From Sulfurimonadaceae bacterium (GTDB lineage Bacteria > Campylobacterota > Campylobacteria > Campylobacterales > Sulfurimonadaceae), in assembly GCA_041548245.1 (NCBI GenBank), contig JBFESZ010000054.1:1-13425 (forward strand): a stretch of DNA of 13,425 nt, in the 5' to 3' direction. The position numbers and the translations under genes are program-made. Below, piece by piece: positions 5,577 through 13,425 of this stretch; position 1 is the first letter of the stretch; the number at the start of each line of letters is the position of its first letter. The notes beneath the pieces were generated by a model. The model was not told the origin of the DNA. It made no database searches and saw only the letters and a program-made list of their open reading frames with translations.

Positions 5577-8447
5577 TTATATTTCTTTAATAACAACAAA
5601 TTCGCCATGCTGATAAGAGTAGACTTTTTTAGCCTCTCTATCAATGATTACAGGACGTATCCATTCGTTTAAAATAAACTCTTTGGCTATAGAGTTTTCT
5701 ACAGCTTTTCCTACTTTTTCTAGAGGTGCCTCGACAAACGAAAGCAACCTGACCGGTTCATGATAGGCTTTGCCTTCCAGAAGAACTGATTGTGTCGGAA
5801 GTCCGATTTTCAAGTCACTGTAATTGCCGTTATAGACACCAACCTTTCCGACAACATTGTGATACACTTTAGAACCGGCACCGTAAATGCTGTTATCTAC
5901 CGTCGAGAAGTAATGCTCAAGATTGATCCATTCACCTACTATCAGCGGTCCATCGAAAATACGGGTCAAAATAGCGGCATCATCATTATCAACGGTATGG
6001 TCATACGAATGCATGAAGAACCTGTTATTCAACGGTAGATGCTTGATAGATTGCCTAGGGCCTGCATAAACACCCATATTTCCAGCCAGTCCCCATTCCG
6101 GTCTAGGCTCGGACCAGTCCATAGACTTTTTCATAATATCTTCATGCGTGTGCGTGTATGGGAGTACTTCCATTCTCTCTTCTCGAGAAAGCATAGATGC
6201 TTTATTAAAGTCATCCATTACCTTGCGATATTTTTGCATCTGATCACCGCTCAAGATATCTATATCATGAAATTCAATGACATCCGTTGACGTAATGTGA
6301 ATTGCCGGCATAAATCTCGTATTCTCAGGGATTACAACTCCCTTTTCTTTGATTGCTTCTCGTACTTCTGGATTGTTTCCTATCATACAAAGTGCTCGAG
6401 TATTCGGAAGCGAGATATTCCCTCCACAGGCCCCACAATCCAGTGCTGACTCAAACGGGTTGTTGTCTGAGATACTTCCATGGCCGATAATAACGACAAA
6501 CTCCGGGAACTCATCAACTTGACCAATCATCGTTAAATAATTATGTAAATATTTAACTTTCTCTTCAAGAGTAAACCCGACCATGGAGAGTTTCATTTTT
6601 TGATACTCATAATCCTCCGGTGTAATCTGATAGGTGGATTTTAGTTTTTCAAGAAGTTCAGCAGAAATATCTACAGTCAACTCTTCATTGAATACCAGAT
6701 GTTTTCTGACGATTTCAATCTCGTTTTCAGAGCACTCTTTTCTTGCACAATCAGCAAGGACTGTCTGTATGATCTTCGTATGAAGTTTTTTAACATAAAA
6801 CTCTATCTCATCTGAAGAGAGTTTATCAAGCGTATAACTTGTCTTTGGTTTTTTAGGTTTAAACTTCGACAAGAACTTGTTTGTCCGTCGTGGCAGAAAA
6901 GTCTTTCCGAAAAGATTGATACCAAAGATCCACCCGATTGCTTCCACCATGATATAAGGCGTATAAGGATTGTTCTTTAAGTCACTTAATACTTTTTTGG
7001 TCGTTTTGTTCAAACCTCTTTTCGAACTATACTCTTCATGTGACTCTTTTGGTAGTTCAAAAACAACATTTTGCGGTTTTACAATTGCCGGTGACAAGAA
7101 AAGCTCATGGGCCTTGTCAAACTCGACAAATGCGATTGGAATACCCAAAAATCCACCCGCGCCATAAGTCTTATATGGCCCAGTGCTTTCTATAGATCTT
7201 CTAATAACTTCAGAACGCACATCCAAACAGAATGTCGCAGAGGCCATCGGCTTCTCATCAGCCTTGTTTTCTGTCTCAACAATATCGTCGACATAGTTCT
7301 TAATATAACTATCTTCAAGTGATTTAAGCCAAATGTAGCCCTCTTCTTCTCTTAGCTTCTGTATGATGGATGCCAAATCTGTCAGAGGGAGATTACTTTG
7401 CAATACCTCGTTCGAGTGCTGTATTTGCAAGGCATCTAGATTCAGCTCGTTAGTGATATGACCACATAAAATCTTATTGGTTTTTTCATTATTTTCCAGG
7501 GCATCCAGCGCCGGTCCGAAAAGCATGTTTTTGTGCTTTAGTATCTGTAAGATAACATCGCTTAGATTCTCATCAGCATACTCTTCAAAAAGCTTAAAGT
7601 CACTAATTTTGCTCTTTCTCACTGCTTTTAATTCATAGTAGAGTCTAATGGCCATATAGTCTATCAGTGCTGATGGATGTTTTTGCTGTGAAAAATAATC
7701 CGCATCTTCCGAACGATATTTAATAAATCCTGCCCAGCCATGAAGCTTTAAAAGATGCGTCAAGAAATAGGATTCAATATCTTTGATATGCAACTGTTTT
7801 AAAGACTCCTCAACAAAACTCTCCGCATCCTTTTCATACTGAAAATTCTCAAAAAGTTTGAAGGTCTCAAACATCCCAATCTCTCTGTTTGGCATGCTGA
7901 GCGTTGTCTGGTCTTCATCGAGAAAACGTGAGATGAACTCAATGACATTTTTTTCAATACTCTCTTTATGAGTACTTCCAAAAAGAGCATCGTTGATTTC
8001 ATACAGTGTCATGTGTTTAATCAGTTCTTCCAACCAGACTTTTTCATCATAGAAAATCGAGTGTTCTTGCAGATACAGATACAGGGGATAGTCTATTTTC
8101 TCTTTCTTATACAGAAACTTGATTCGCAGACTACTCCATTTTGGGCTGACTTCCATCAGGAACTTTTTGGCGAAGTCCAATGGAATATCAAAACCCTTTT
8201 CTTCAAGGGCCTCTTTTAGATTGCTTTCAAAGATGGCATCATCAATTTTTCCTTGTTCATACAGATCCATAAAGTAGGATGAATCCATATAGACCTTGCC
8301 ACCGAATATACCCTTAGCCTTACTCAATGCCTCTTTAAAATGAAGCCCTTCAAAACCTTTAAGTGGATTATGGTGTATAAACGATCCGATAGGCCAGTAG
8401 TGCGGCACTGTATCTTTGACAGTATTGAGCTTGTCTATAATACTCAT
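5577..8447 (-). CDS. dabA: DabA / MpsB (DUF2309) beta-carbonic-anhydrase-like subunit of the inorganic carbon pump
   Basis: N-terminal PHYWPIGSFIHHNPLKGFE. Zn-ligand motifs FCLDVRSE, GHGS and LDCGACGG. Also DWSEPRPEWGLAGN, GAGSKVYHNV and YHEPVRL. 956 aa. Confidence 0.95.
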   Translation of the reverse strand: MSIIDKLNTVKDTVPHYWPIGSFIHHNPLKGFEGLHFKEALSKAKGIFGGKVYMDSSYFMDLYEQGKIDDAIFESNLKEALEEKGFDIPLDFAKKFLMEVSPKWSSLRIKFLYKKEKIDYPLYLYLQEHSIFYDEKVWLEELIKHMTLYEINDALFGSTHKESIEKNVIEFISRFLDEDQTTLSMPNREIGMFETFKLFENFQYEKDAESFVEESLKQLHIKDIESYFLTHLLKLHGWAGFIKYRSEDADYFSQQKHPSALIDYMAIRLYYELKAVRKSKISDFKLFEEYADENLSDVILQILKHKNMLFGPALDALENNEKTNKILCGHITNELNLDALQIQHSNEVLQSNLPLTDLASIIQKLREEEGYIWLKSLEDSYIKNYVDDIVETENKADEKPMASATFCLDVRSEVIRRSIESTGPYKTYGAGGFLGIPIAFVEFDKAHELFLSPAIVKPQNVVFELPKESHEEYSSKRGLNKTTKKVLSDLKNNPYTPYIMVEAIGWIFGINLFGKTFLPRRTNKFLSKFKPKKPKTSYTLDKLSSDEIEFYVKKLHTKIIQTVLADCARKECSENEIEIVRKHLVFNEELTVDISAELLEKLKSTYQITPEDYEYQKMKLSMVGFTLEEKVKYLHNYLTMIGQVDEFPEFVVIIGHGSISDNNPFESALDCGACGGNISLPNTRALCMIGNNPEVREAIKEKGVVIPENTRFMPAIHITSTDVIEFHDIDILSGDQMQKYRKVMDDFNKASMLSREERMEVLPYTHTHEDIMKKSMDWSEPRPEWGLAGNMGVYAGPRQSIKHLPLNNRFFMHSYDHTVDNDDAAILTRIFDGPLIVGEWINLEHYFSTVDNSIYGAGSKVYHNVVGKVGVYNGNYSDLKIGLPTQSVLLEGKAYHEPVRLLSFVEAPLEKVGKAVENSIAKEFILNEWIRPVIIDREAKKVYSYQHGEFVVIKEI

Positions 8448-9175
8448 AACAGTGTCTCCTTCAATCCGTTAACGCTTAAAACAAGAAGTAGTACCACAAC
8501 TAAAAGATGAGCGATCTTCTCTTTTGAACTTAAATCAACATAATGAATATTTGGATTTGGTTTACCAAAGAGCGACTCTTTCATCACCCTCATAGCCAAG
8601 AAAAAATTCCCAAAGAAAAGAGTGGTTACCACAATATACCAAAGCAGATTAGCTTCGGCATTTAAAATATAACTCAAAAAGTATAATGAGTTTGGAAATG
8701 GCGGATAAAGTGCCAATGCAATCAGATAGACACTCAAATACGTCCCGATGAACGGCGTGGAAAGTGTAATACCTCTTATGTAGTGATAATTAGCACTGGC
8801 ATAGTTTTTTTCATAAAACCGCGCAATCAGATAAATTCCCAACAATGCCACCAATAAAGAGAGGCTGTACATTGCCCCCTTGTCTTCAAACAGAACAAAG
8901 AATGGTGCGTTCACAAAGATCAGATAGTAGCCAAGCTTATAAAAGTTTGTCGTCTTCGTCGCTTTGTAGATGGAGAAGAGTGCACTAACAAAAGATATGA
9001 TAACAAATGAGGTCAAATGCTCATTTGTCACATAAAAAGAGAGCGCGATAGCAGATAAAAGTAAAAAAGCGCTGATAAAAAAGATCGATTTGCTACTGAG
9101 CTTTTCACTCTTTTCCAAAAGAATATAATAGGGAATCCCCGCGGCTAGAATCAATAATAAGATGCTTGACATCAT
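8444..9175 (-). CDS. Additional polytopic membrane subunit of the DAB operon, resembling a truncated NuoM/NuoN/MrpD-like fragment
   Basis: Multiple hydrophobic segments. ATGA overlaps with both dabB and dabA. GITLSTP...IALALYPPFPN...MRVMKESLFG echoes the C-terminal helices of antiporter-like subunits. Confidence 0.75.
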   Translation of the reverse strand: MMSSILLLILAAGIPYYILLEKSEKLSSKSIFFISAFLLLSAIALSFYVTNEHLTSFVIISFVSALFSIYKATKTTNFYKLGYYLIFVNAPFFVLFEDKGAMYSLSLLVALLGIYLIARFYEKNYASANYHYIRGITLSTPFIGTYLSVYLIALALYPPFPNSLYFLSYILNAEANLLWYIVVTTLFFGNFFLAMRVMKESLFGKPNPNIHYVDLSSKEKIAHLLVVVLLLVLSVNGLKETLL

Positions 9176-10782
9176 ACTTTACCCTTTTTAAACCTGCTTA
9201 ACAGCTCAAAATAATAGCCCTCTTTGACCAAAAATTTATAAAATGACCACGTCGCTCTACTTGGCTTATTCTCAGCATCGGGAACATCCACAAAATGCTG
9301 TTTATACATAAACAGCCATCCAACTATCATAATAGCCGCCAACATCACTAATGACATCACCATAGTCACATTAAGCGTTGCAGCCTGGTAAAACAACAGC
9401 GCATCATGCCCATAAAGAAAGTGCTCAAGTGCCAGCCCTATAAATTCGTAAGTAAACAAAATAATAATAAAAGAGCTTACCAGGGCCAATATCACTTTTA
9501 ATGACTCAGACTTAGAAACCTTGAAAAATGACAAGAAAAGCTGTGTACCGGTAAGCCATCCAAACGCCAAAATCACGATAGCCGCATTGAAGTGGAAGAA
9601 CTCTTCGCTCAATACCATTTTAACGCCAATAAAGACGACGATTGGCAAGATAGTAAAAAGCGCCACGATCTTAAACATCTTATTGCTGCTGTATTTTGTT
9701 TTTTCTTCCCAAAAGAGTTCGTAAGAGAGCCGTTTTGGGATGTTCGGATCATGCCTTGCCAGTTTGATCAATCCGCCTGACTCTAAGAAAAGTGTTGCTT
9801 TGAAAATCCCGTGTACCATCAGGTGATAGATCGCTAAAGAGAATGCTCCAAGACCAACTTCCATAATCATATATCCCATCTGTCCTGCAGTAGAATATCC
9901 AAGTGAACGTTTAATATCAGGAACAACAAGCATCAAAACAGATGCAAAAATGGCAGTGACCAGACCTATTATGAAGGCGATATTAAGCACACCCGGTGCA
10001 AGCAATAGAAGATATGCCAATTTATTCAGTAAGATCCCTCCAACATTAACAACACCCGCATGCATCAATGCGGATACAGGTGTCGGTGCCTCAGAGGTGT
10101 AAGGCAACCAAATATGAAAAGGCATAATGGCAGATTTCATCATAGCTGCGACCAAAAAGAGGAATCCGATTACAAAAATCATCGGATTGTCAACCGGGGA
10201 TTGAGACATTAGCAGCCATTTTTCGCTTAATACTGCCAGATCAAAACTTCCAAATGTTTTATAGGTGAGTATTACCGCGAACAAAAACACCAAATCAGCG
10301 CCTTTGTGGATCATCATAGTCCACTTGGCATTTTTTACAGCCGAATTTGAACCGACGTTGAAAGAGACTAGAAGGTATAAACTGATACTCATCAACTGCC
10401 AGGCCAATGCCAGCACTATAAGGTTGTTACTCATTACAAGCAGATAAATAGCTGAAAATATAAAGTTTAATAGAATAAAAAAACGTTTATAACCTGCTTC
10501 ATCCCACATATATTTAGACGCATATTTACGAATGACCAGACCAAGGATCGCAACGTATGGAACCAAGATAGCTGAAAGCTCATTATATATGACCAATCCG
10601 TCAAACCCTATAATAGATACATCATTACTGATAACGTAATAAGTCCCATAGAGCCCCAGTACAGCAATCATACTCGAGAGTGTGATACTCACTTTAGGTA
10701 TTGACTCTTTTTTCCCGACGAAAAACAGTATAAATGCAATAGCGATGGGGATGATTGGAATAAACAATACAAGTTTCTCCAC
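9172..10782 (-). CDS. dabB: DabB / MpsA NuoL(ND5)-like membrane subunit of the inorganic carbon pump
   Basis: KSAIMPFHIWLP, EAPTPVSALMHAG, KRSLGYSTAGQMGYM and HLMVHGIFKATLFL motifs, adjacent to DUF2309. GTG start with RBS AGGAG. Confidence 0.92.
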   Translation of the reverse strand: MEKLVLFIPIIPIAIAFILFFVGKKESIPKVSITLSSMIAVLGLYGTYYVISNDVSIIGFDGLVIYNELSAILVPYVAILGLVIRKYASKYMWDEAGYKRFFILLNFIFSAIYLLVMSNNLIVLALAWQLMSISLYLLVSFNVGSNSAVKNAKWTMMIHKGADLVFLFAVILTYKTFGSFDLAVLSEKWLLMSQSPVDNPMIFVIGFLFLVAAMMKSAIMPFHIWLPYTSEAPTPVSALMHAGVVNVGGILLNKLAYLLLLAPGVLNIAFIIGLVTAIFASVLMLVVPDIKRSLGYSTAGQMGYMIMEVGLGAFSLAIYHLMVHGIFKATLFLESGGLIKLARHDPNIPKRLSYELFWEEKTKYSSNKMFKIVALFTILPIVVFIGVKMVLSEEFFHFNAAIVILAFGWLTGTQLFLSFFKVSKSESLKVILALVSSFIIILFTYEFIGLALEHFLYGHDALLFYQAATLNVTMVMSLVMLAAIMIVGWLFMYKQHFVDVPDAENKPSRATWSFYKFLVKEGYYFELLSRFKKGKV

Positions 10783-11609
10783 TAATACTCCTGTAAACTA
10801 CGTATAAAATTTCGTATAAATTATTATCTTAATTGATATAGAATTCACCATTAATATTTGGTAAGAATACTAACTAATAATGAATTGAACAATGAAGTTT
10901 TATCAAAATTACCTTGTAAGACCTTTGCAATTATAGACTAATATTTTTAAATATGCTTTGTGTAACTACAAACTTGCAGCTGAGACTTCCCTCTACACCC
11001 TCTAAGTGTTACTATTTAATTATCATCTGAATCCATGAAGGCAGACTCTTTAAAGCATTGTTTCACTATTCAAAATAGACTATGTGCTTACCTTATATAT
11101 GATAATTGATTCTATACAATTACTTTCTTATAGTATTAAACCTATTGAGAGTCTAGTTACTTTTCGTAATACAATCGACGTAAATAAAATCGACTACTAT
11201 ATGCCAACTACTCTATTAAGTATAGTAATCACAAAAATAGCCATATGTATTCAATTTACTTAAGAAACATACAATAGGGGCTTATATATTACAAAAGAAA
11301 ACAGGTGCGTTTCAAAAATTTTCATGTTTACTTCCCCATATCCCCTCGCCTTCGTAAACAAGGCACTCTGAAGAGTTGATCAACAGTACGATATTTTTTG
11401 CCAAACTCCAGTAACTCAAATTTATTAACAAAAATATTTTATTAGCTAAATTAAGCAAGAGTGAAAGGTTTTTCCTGTAAAGTCCCATTTGAGAAACATA
11501 ATGTAGCTGAAAAACAATATGTTATGAATGCCCTAAATGTCCATTCATAAAGATTTTTTTGATGCCACATAACTAAATATCTATGTTTAAGTTATCATAT
11601 GGAGTAGAA

Positions 11610-11828
11610 ATGTATTATGTAGCAAAAGTTAATCCTGACATGTGTGCGGAATACAAATGTAACACGTGTACACTATATTGTCCAGAAGCGAATACGCTAA
11701 TGTTCGATAAAGAGAGAAATACATCTTGGGTAGACGAAGACAGATGTAAAGGGTGTGCACTTTGTGTGTACGTATGTACTGACATGCTTGATCGTAACTG
11801 TATTACGATGGAAATGGCTGGTCAAGAA
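11610..11828 (+). repeat. Direct repeat copy 2 (epsilon gene), partner at 1152-1370
   Basis: 208/219 nt identical to copy 1. Confidence 0.95.
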
Positions 11829-11831
11829 TAA
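11610..11831 (+). CDS. porE: Ferredoxin-like 2x[4Fe-4S] epsilon subunit of five-subunit OFOR (copy 2, 73 aa)
   Basis: Same Cys motifs as 1152-1376. Start at ATG 11610 (RBS GGAG at 11601-11604, and it aligns with the copy 1 start). Confidence 0.88.
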   Translation: MYYVAKVNPDMCAEYKCNTCTLYCPEANTLMFDKERNTSWVDEDRCKGCALCVYVCTDMLDRNCITMEMAGQE

Positions 11832-11854
11832 TAGATCTATACATTATAGATCTA
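11832..11854. repeat. Perfect 10-bp inverted repeat between epsilon and delta genes
   Basis: TAGATCTATA-cat-TATAGATCTA. Confidence 0.7.
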
Positions 11855-11894
11855 ATTCAAATTTATTGTGTAAAAACATTTATTAGGAGAACTT

Positions 11895-12464
11895 ATGGCA
11901 AATCTAGGTCCTGCGTATTATTCACCGTATCCAACGGCTACGTATGAAGGTGTCATTACGCCACCAGAAGGTAAAGCACTTTTATTAGAAGAAGTGGTTG
12001 ATGAAGAAATTGCAATGCGCGAAATTGCAAAACAAATGTTGACAAGAGAGAATGCAACTATTTTCCCAGGTCCACAAGTACTGTATGGTTGGAATGAAGA
12101 AGCTAAGAAAAAAGCTACTCTAATCAAAGAGATCGCTGAAGTTCTTAACGCTAAAATGATTCCAATGTATGACTACAGACCGAAATATCCAAAAATTGAT
12201 GCGGAAGTAGAGATCAATCCAAATCACCCGAACTTGACGATTTGGCACAACGATATCAAAGCTGCAATCTTTATTGGTGTTCACTGTCACTATGCAAACG
12301 TTGCATTAAAGATTGTTAGAGCAGAAACAGACTGTTATACAATCGCAATCTGTGGTTTGTCAGGGCACGAAGATGCAATGGCTACATTAAGAGACCAGCA
12401 CTCACACGAACTTGAAAAATTCATCAAGATCGCTAAAGAAGTAAAAGCTGAGTTAGGGAAGTAG
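11895..12464 (+). CDS. porD: Delta subunit of five-subunit OFOR (CODH beta/ACS epsilon-like fold)
   Basis: TIFPGP, DYRPKYPKI, INPNHPNLTIW, GVHCHYAN and GHEDAM motifs, characteristic of Aquificae/Nitrospira-type ForD/PorD. RBS AGGAG. Confidence 0.85.
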   Translation: MANLGPAYYSPYPTATYEGVITPPEGKALLLEEVVDEEIAMREIAKQMLTRENATIFPGPQVLYGWNEEAKKKATLIKEIAEVLNAKMIPMYDYRPKYPKIDAEVEINPNHPNLTIWHNDIKAAIFIGVHCHYANVALKIVRAETDCYTIAICGLSGHEDAMATLRDQHSHELEKFIKIAKEVKAELGK

Positions 12465-12473
12465 GAGAATAGA

Positions 12474-13425
12474 ATGAGTAAAATTACTGATATGACAGCA
12501 ACACACAACTGGTCTGGACAGAAACTAGTTTCTACAGACTATATGCTTTTTGAAGCTCCTAGAGAGAAACACTTCATGACAGGTTCTGAAGTTGTTAAAG
12601 AAGCAGTGAAACGTGCAACAGTAGATGCATCCGTTTCATACCCAATTACACCACAATCTGAAGCAGCTCACCTAATCGGTGAACTATGGGCTGAAGGTTA
12701 CGTAGGTGTATATTTCCGTGGTGAGAATGAGTTTGGTGTAATGTCTGAAGTTGCAGGTTGTGCAATGGCAGGTGCTAGAACAATTACTACAACTTCAGGT
12801 CCAGGTACACTTCGTGCAATGGAAAACTTTGCAATGTGGTCAGGTACTCGTGCACCAATGCAACTTATCCTTATGGCTCGTGGTATCAACTCACCGCTAA
12901 CAATTCAGCCGGACAACCTTGAGGTACAATACCTACTAGAAACTGGTTGTATGATCTGGTACGCAGAAAATGTACAAGAGCTATTCGATATGTCACTAGC
13001 TGCATTTACTGTTTCTGAGAAACCGGATGTACACGTGCCAATCATTACTGCTGTGGATGGATTCTTTGTATCACATACACGTGAAGCAGTTATGCTACCA
13101 GCAGATGATATCGCACTTCAGCCGTACAACCCGTATGCTGCTCCATTACCTCCGATCGATTCTGAAATGCCTCCAGGACGTTTCTTAAGAGATCCATTCG
13201 TAATGAAGTCTAACTATATCTCTTATGCAACACACGCTTCATGGCAGTGGGAAATCCGTTCAGCAGTTGAACGTTCTAAGCCATATGCACGTCACTACCT
13301 AAATGGTCTTGCACATATTACAGGTGACGAAAATGCAGAGATCGCTTTTGTTACATGTGGTACAGCATCTCACCAAGCTAAAGAAGCAGAAAGAGAATTA
13401 GCTAAACTTGGTATTAAAACAAAAG
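12474..13425 (+). CDS. porA: 2-oxoacid:ferredoxin oxidoreductase alpha subunit, 5' part only (runs off the window; absent from the ORF track)
   Basis: ATG 12474 after RBS AGGAG. Translates MSKITDMTATHNWSGQK...SYPITPQSE...GENEFGVMSEVAG...TTTSGPG...DGFFVSHT with no stop before the window end. Confidence 0.9.
   Translation, partial: MSKITDMTATHNWSGQKLVSTDYMLFEAPREKHFMTGSEVVKEAVKRATVDASVSYPITPQSEAAHLIGELWAEGYVGVYFRGENEFGVMSEVAGCAMAGARTITTTSGPGTLRAMENFAMWSGTRAPMQLILMARGINSPLTIQPDNLEVQYLLETGCMIWYAENVQELFDMSLAAFTVSEKPDVHVPIITAVDGFFVSHTREAVMLPADDIALQPYNPYAAPLPPIDSEMPPGRFLRDPFVMKSNYISYATHASWQWEIRSAVERSKPYARHYLNGLAHITGDENAEIAFVTCGTASHQAKEAERELAKLGIKTK

Noticed and set aside
9172-10782. Respiratory complex I nuoL or Mrp antiporter mrpA
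   Set aside because: There are no other nuo or mrp genes, it is coupled to DUF2309, and it lacks the TM5 Glu.
11583-11609. Longer start for the second epsilon gene
   Set aside because: ATG 11610 has a GGAG RBS and aligns exactly with copy 1.
1377-11609. Classical mobile element or CRISPR array
   Set aside because: There is no integrase, transposase, tRNA att site or repeat-spacer array. The only long repeats are the epsilon genes.
11895-12464. CO dehydrogenase/acetyl-CoA synthase subunit
   Set aside because: The similarity is at fold level only. Its position between epsilon and alpha identifies it as an OFOR delta subunit.
5790-12889. Short ORFs inside dabA, dabB, delta and alpha genes
   Set aside because: These are shadow or alternative-frame ORFs with no independent support.

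Overview
AT-rich bacterial window. It is most consistent with a chemolithoautotrophic Campylobacterota such as a Sulfurovum-like organism, which is an inference from gene content and promoter style. Both ends carry operons for five-subunit (Aquificae-type) 2-oxoacid:ferredoxin oxidoreductases. The left end has beta (partial)-gamma-epsilon, the forDABGE-like order. The right end has epsilon-delta-alpha (partial), the porEDABG-like order. The two epsilon (2x[4Fe-4S]) genes are about 95% identical direct repeats 10,458 bp apart. Between them lie a trigger-factor paralogue lacking the ribosome-binding motif, followed by an LRR protein gene; mntP; two paralogous small C-x-C...C-xx-H proteins flanking a bacteriohemerythrin that has an FNR/Crp-type box; and a DAB inorganic-carbon pump operon (dabB, an extra membrane subunit, dabA, and one of the small Cys/His genes). 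No RNA genes, CRISPR arrays or transposases were seen. The substrate assignment (for versus por) rests mainly on gene order.
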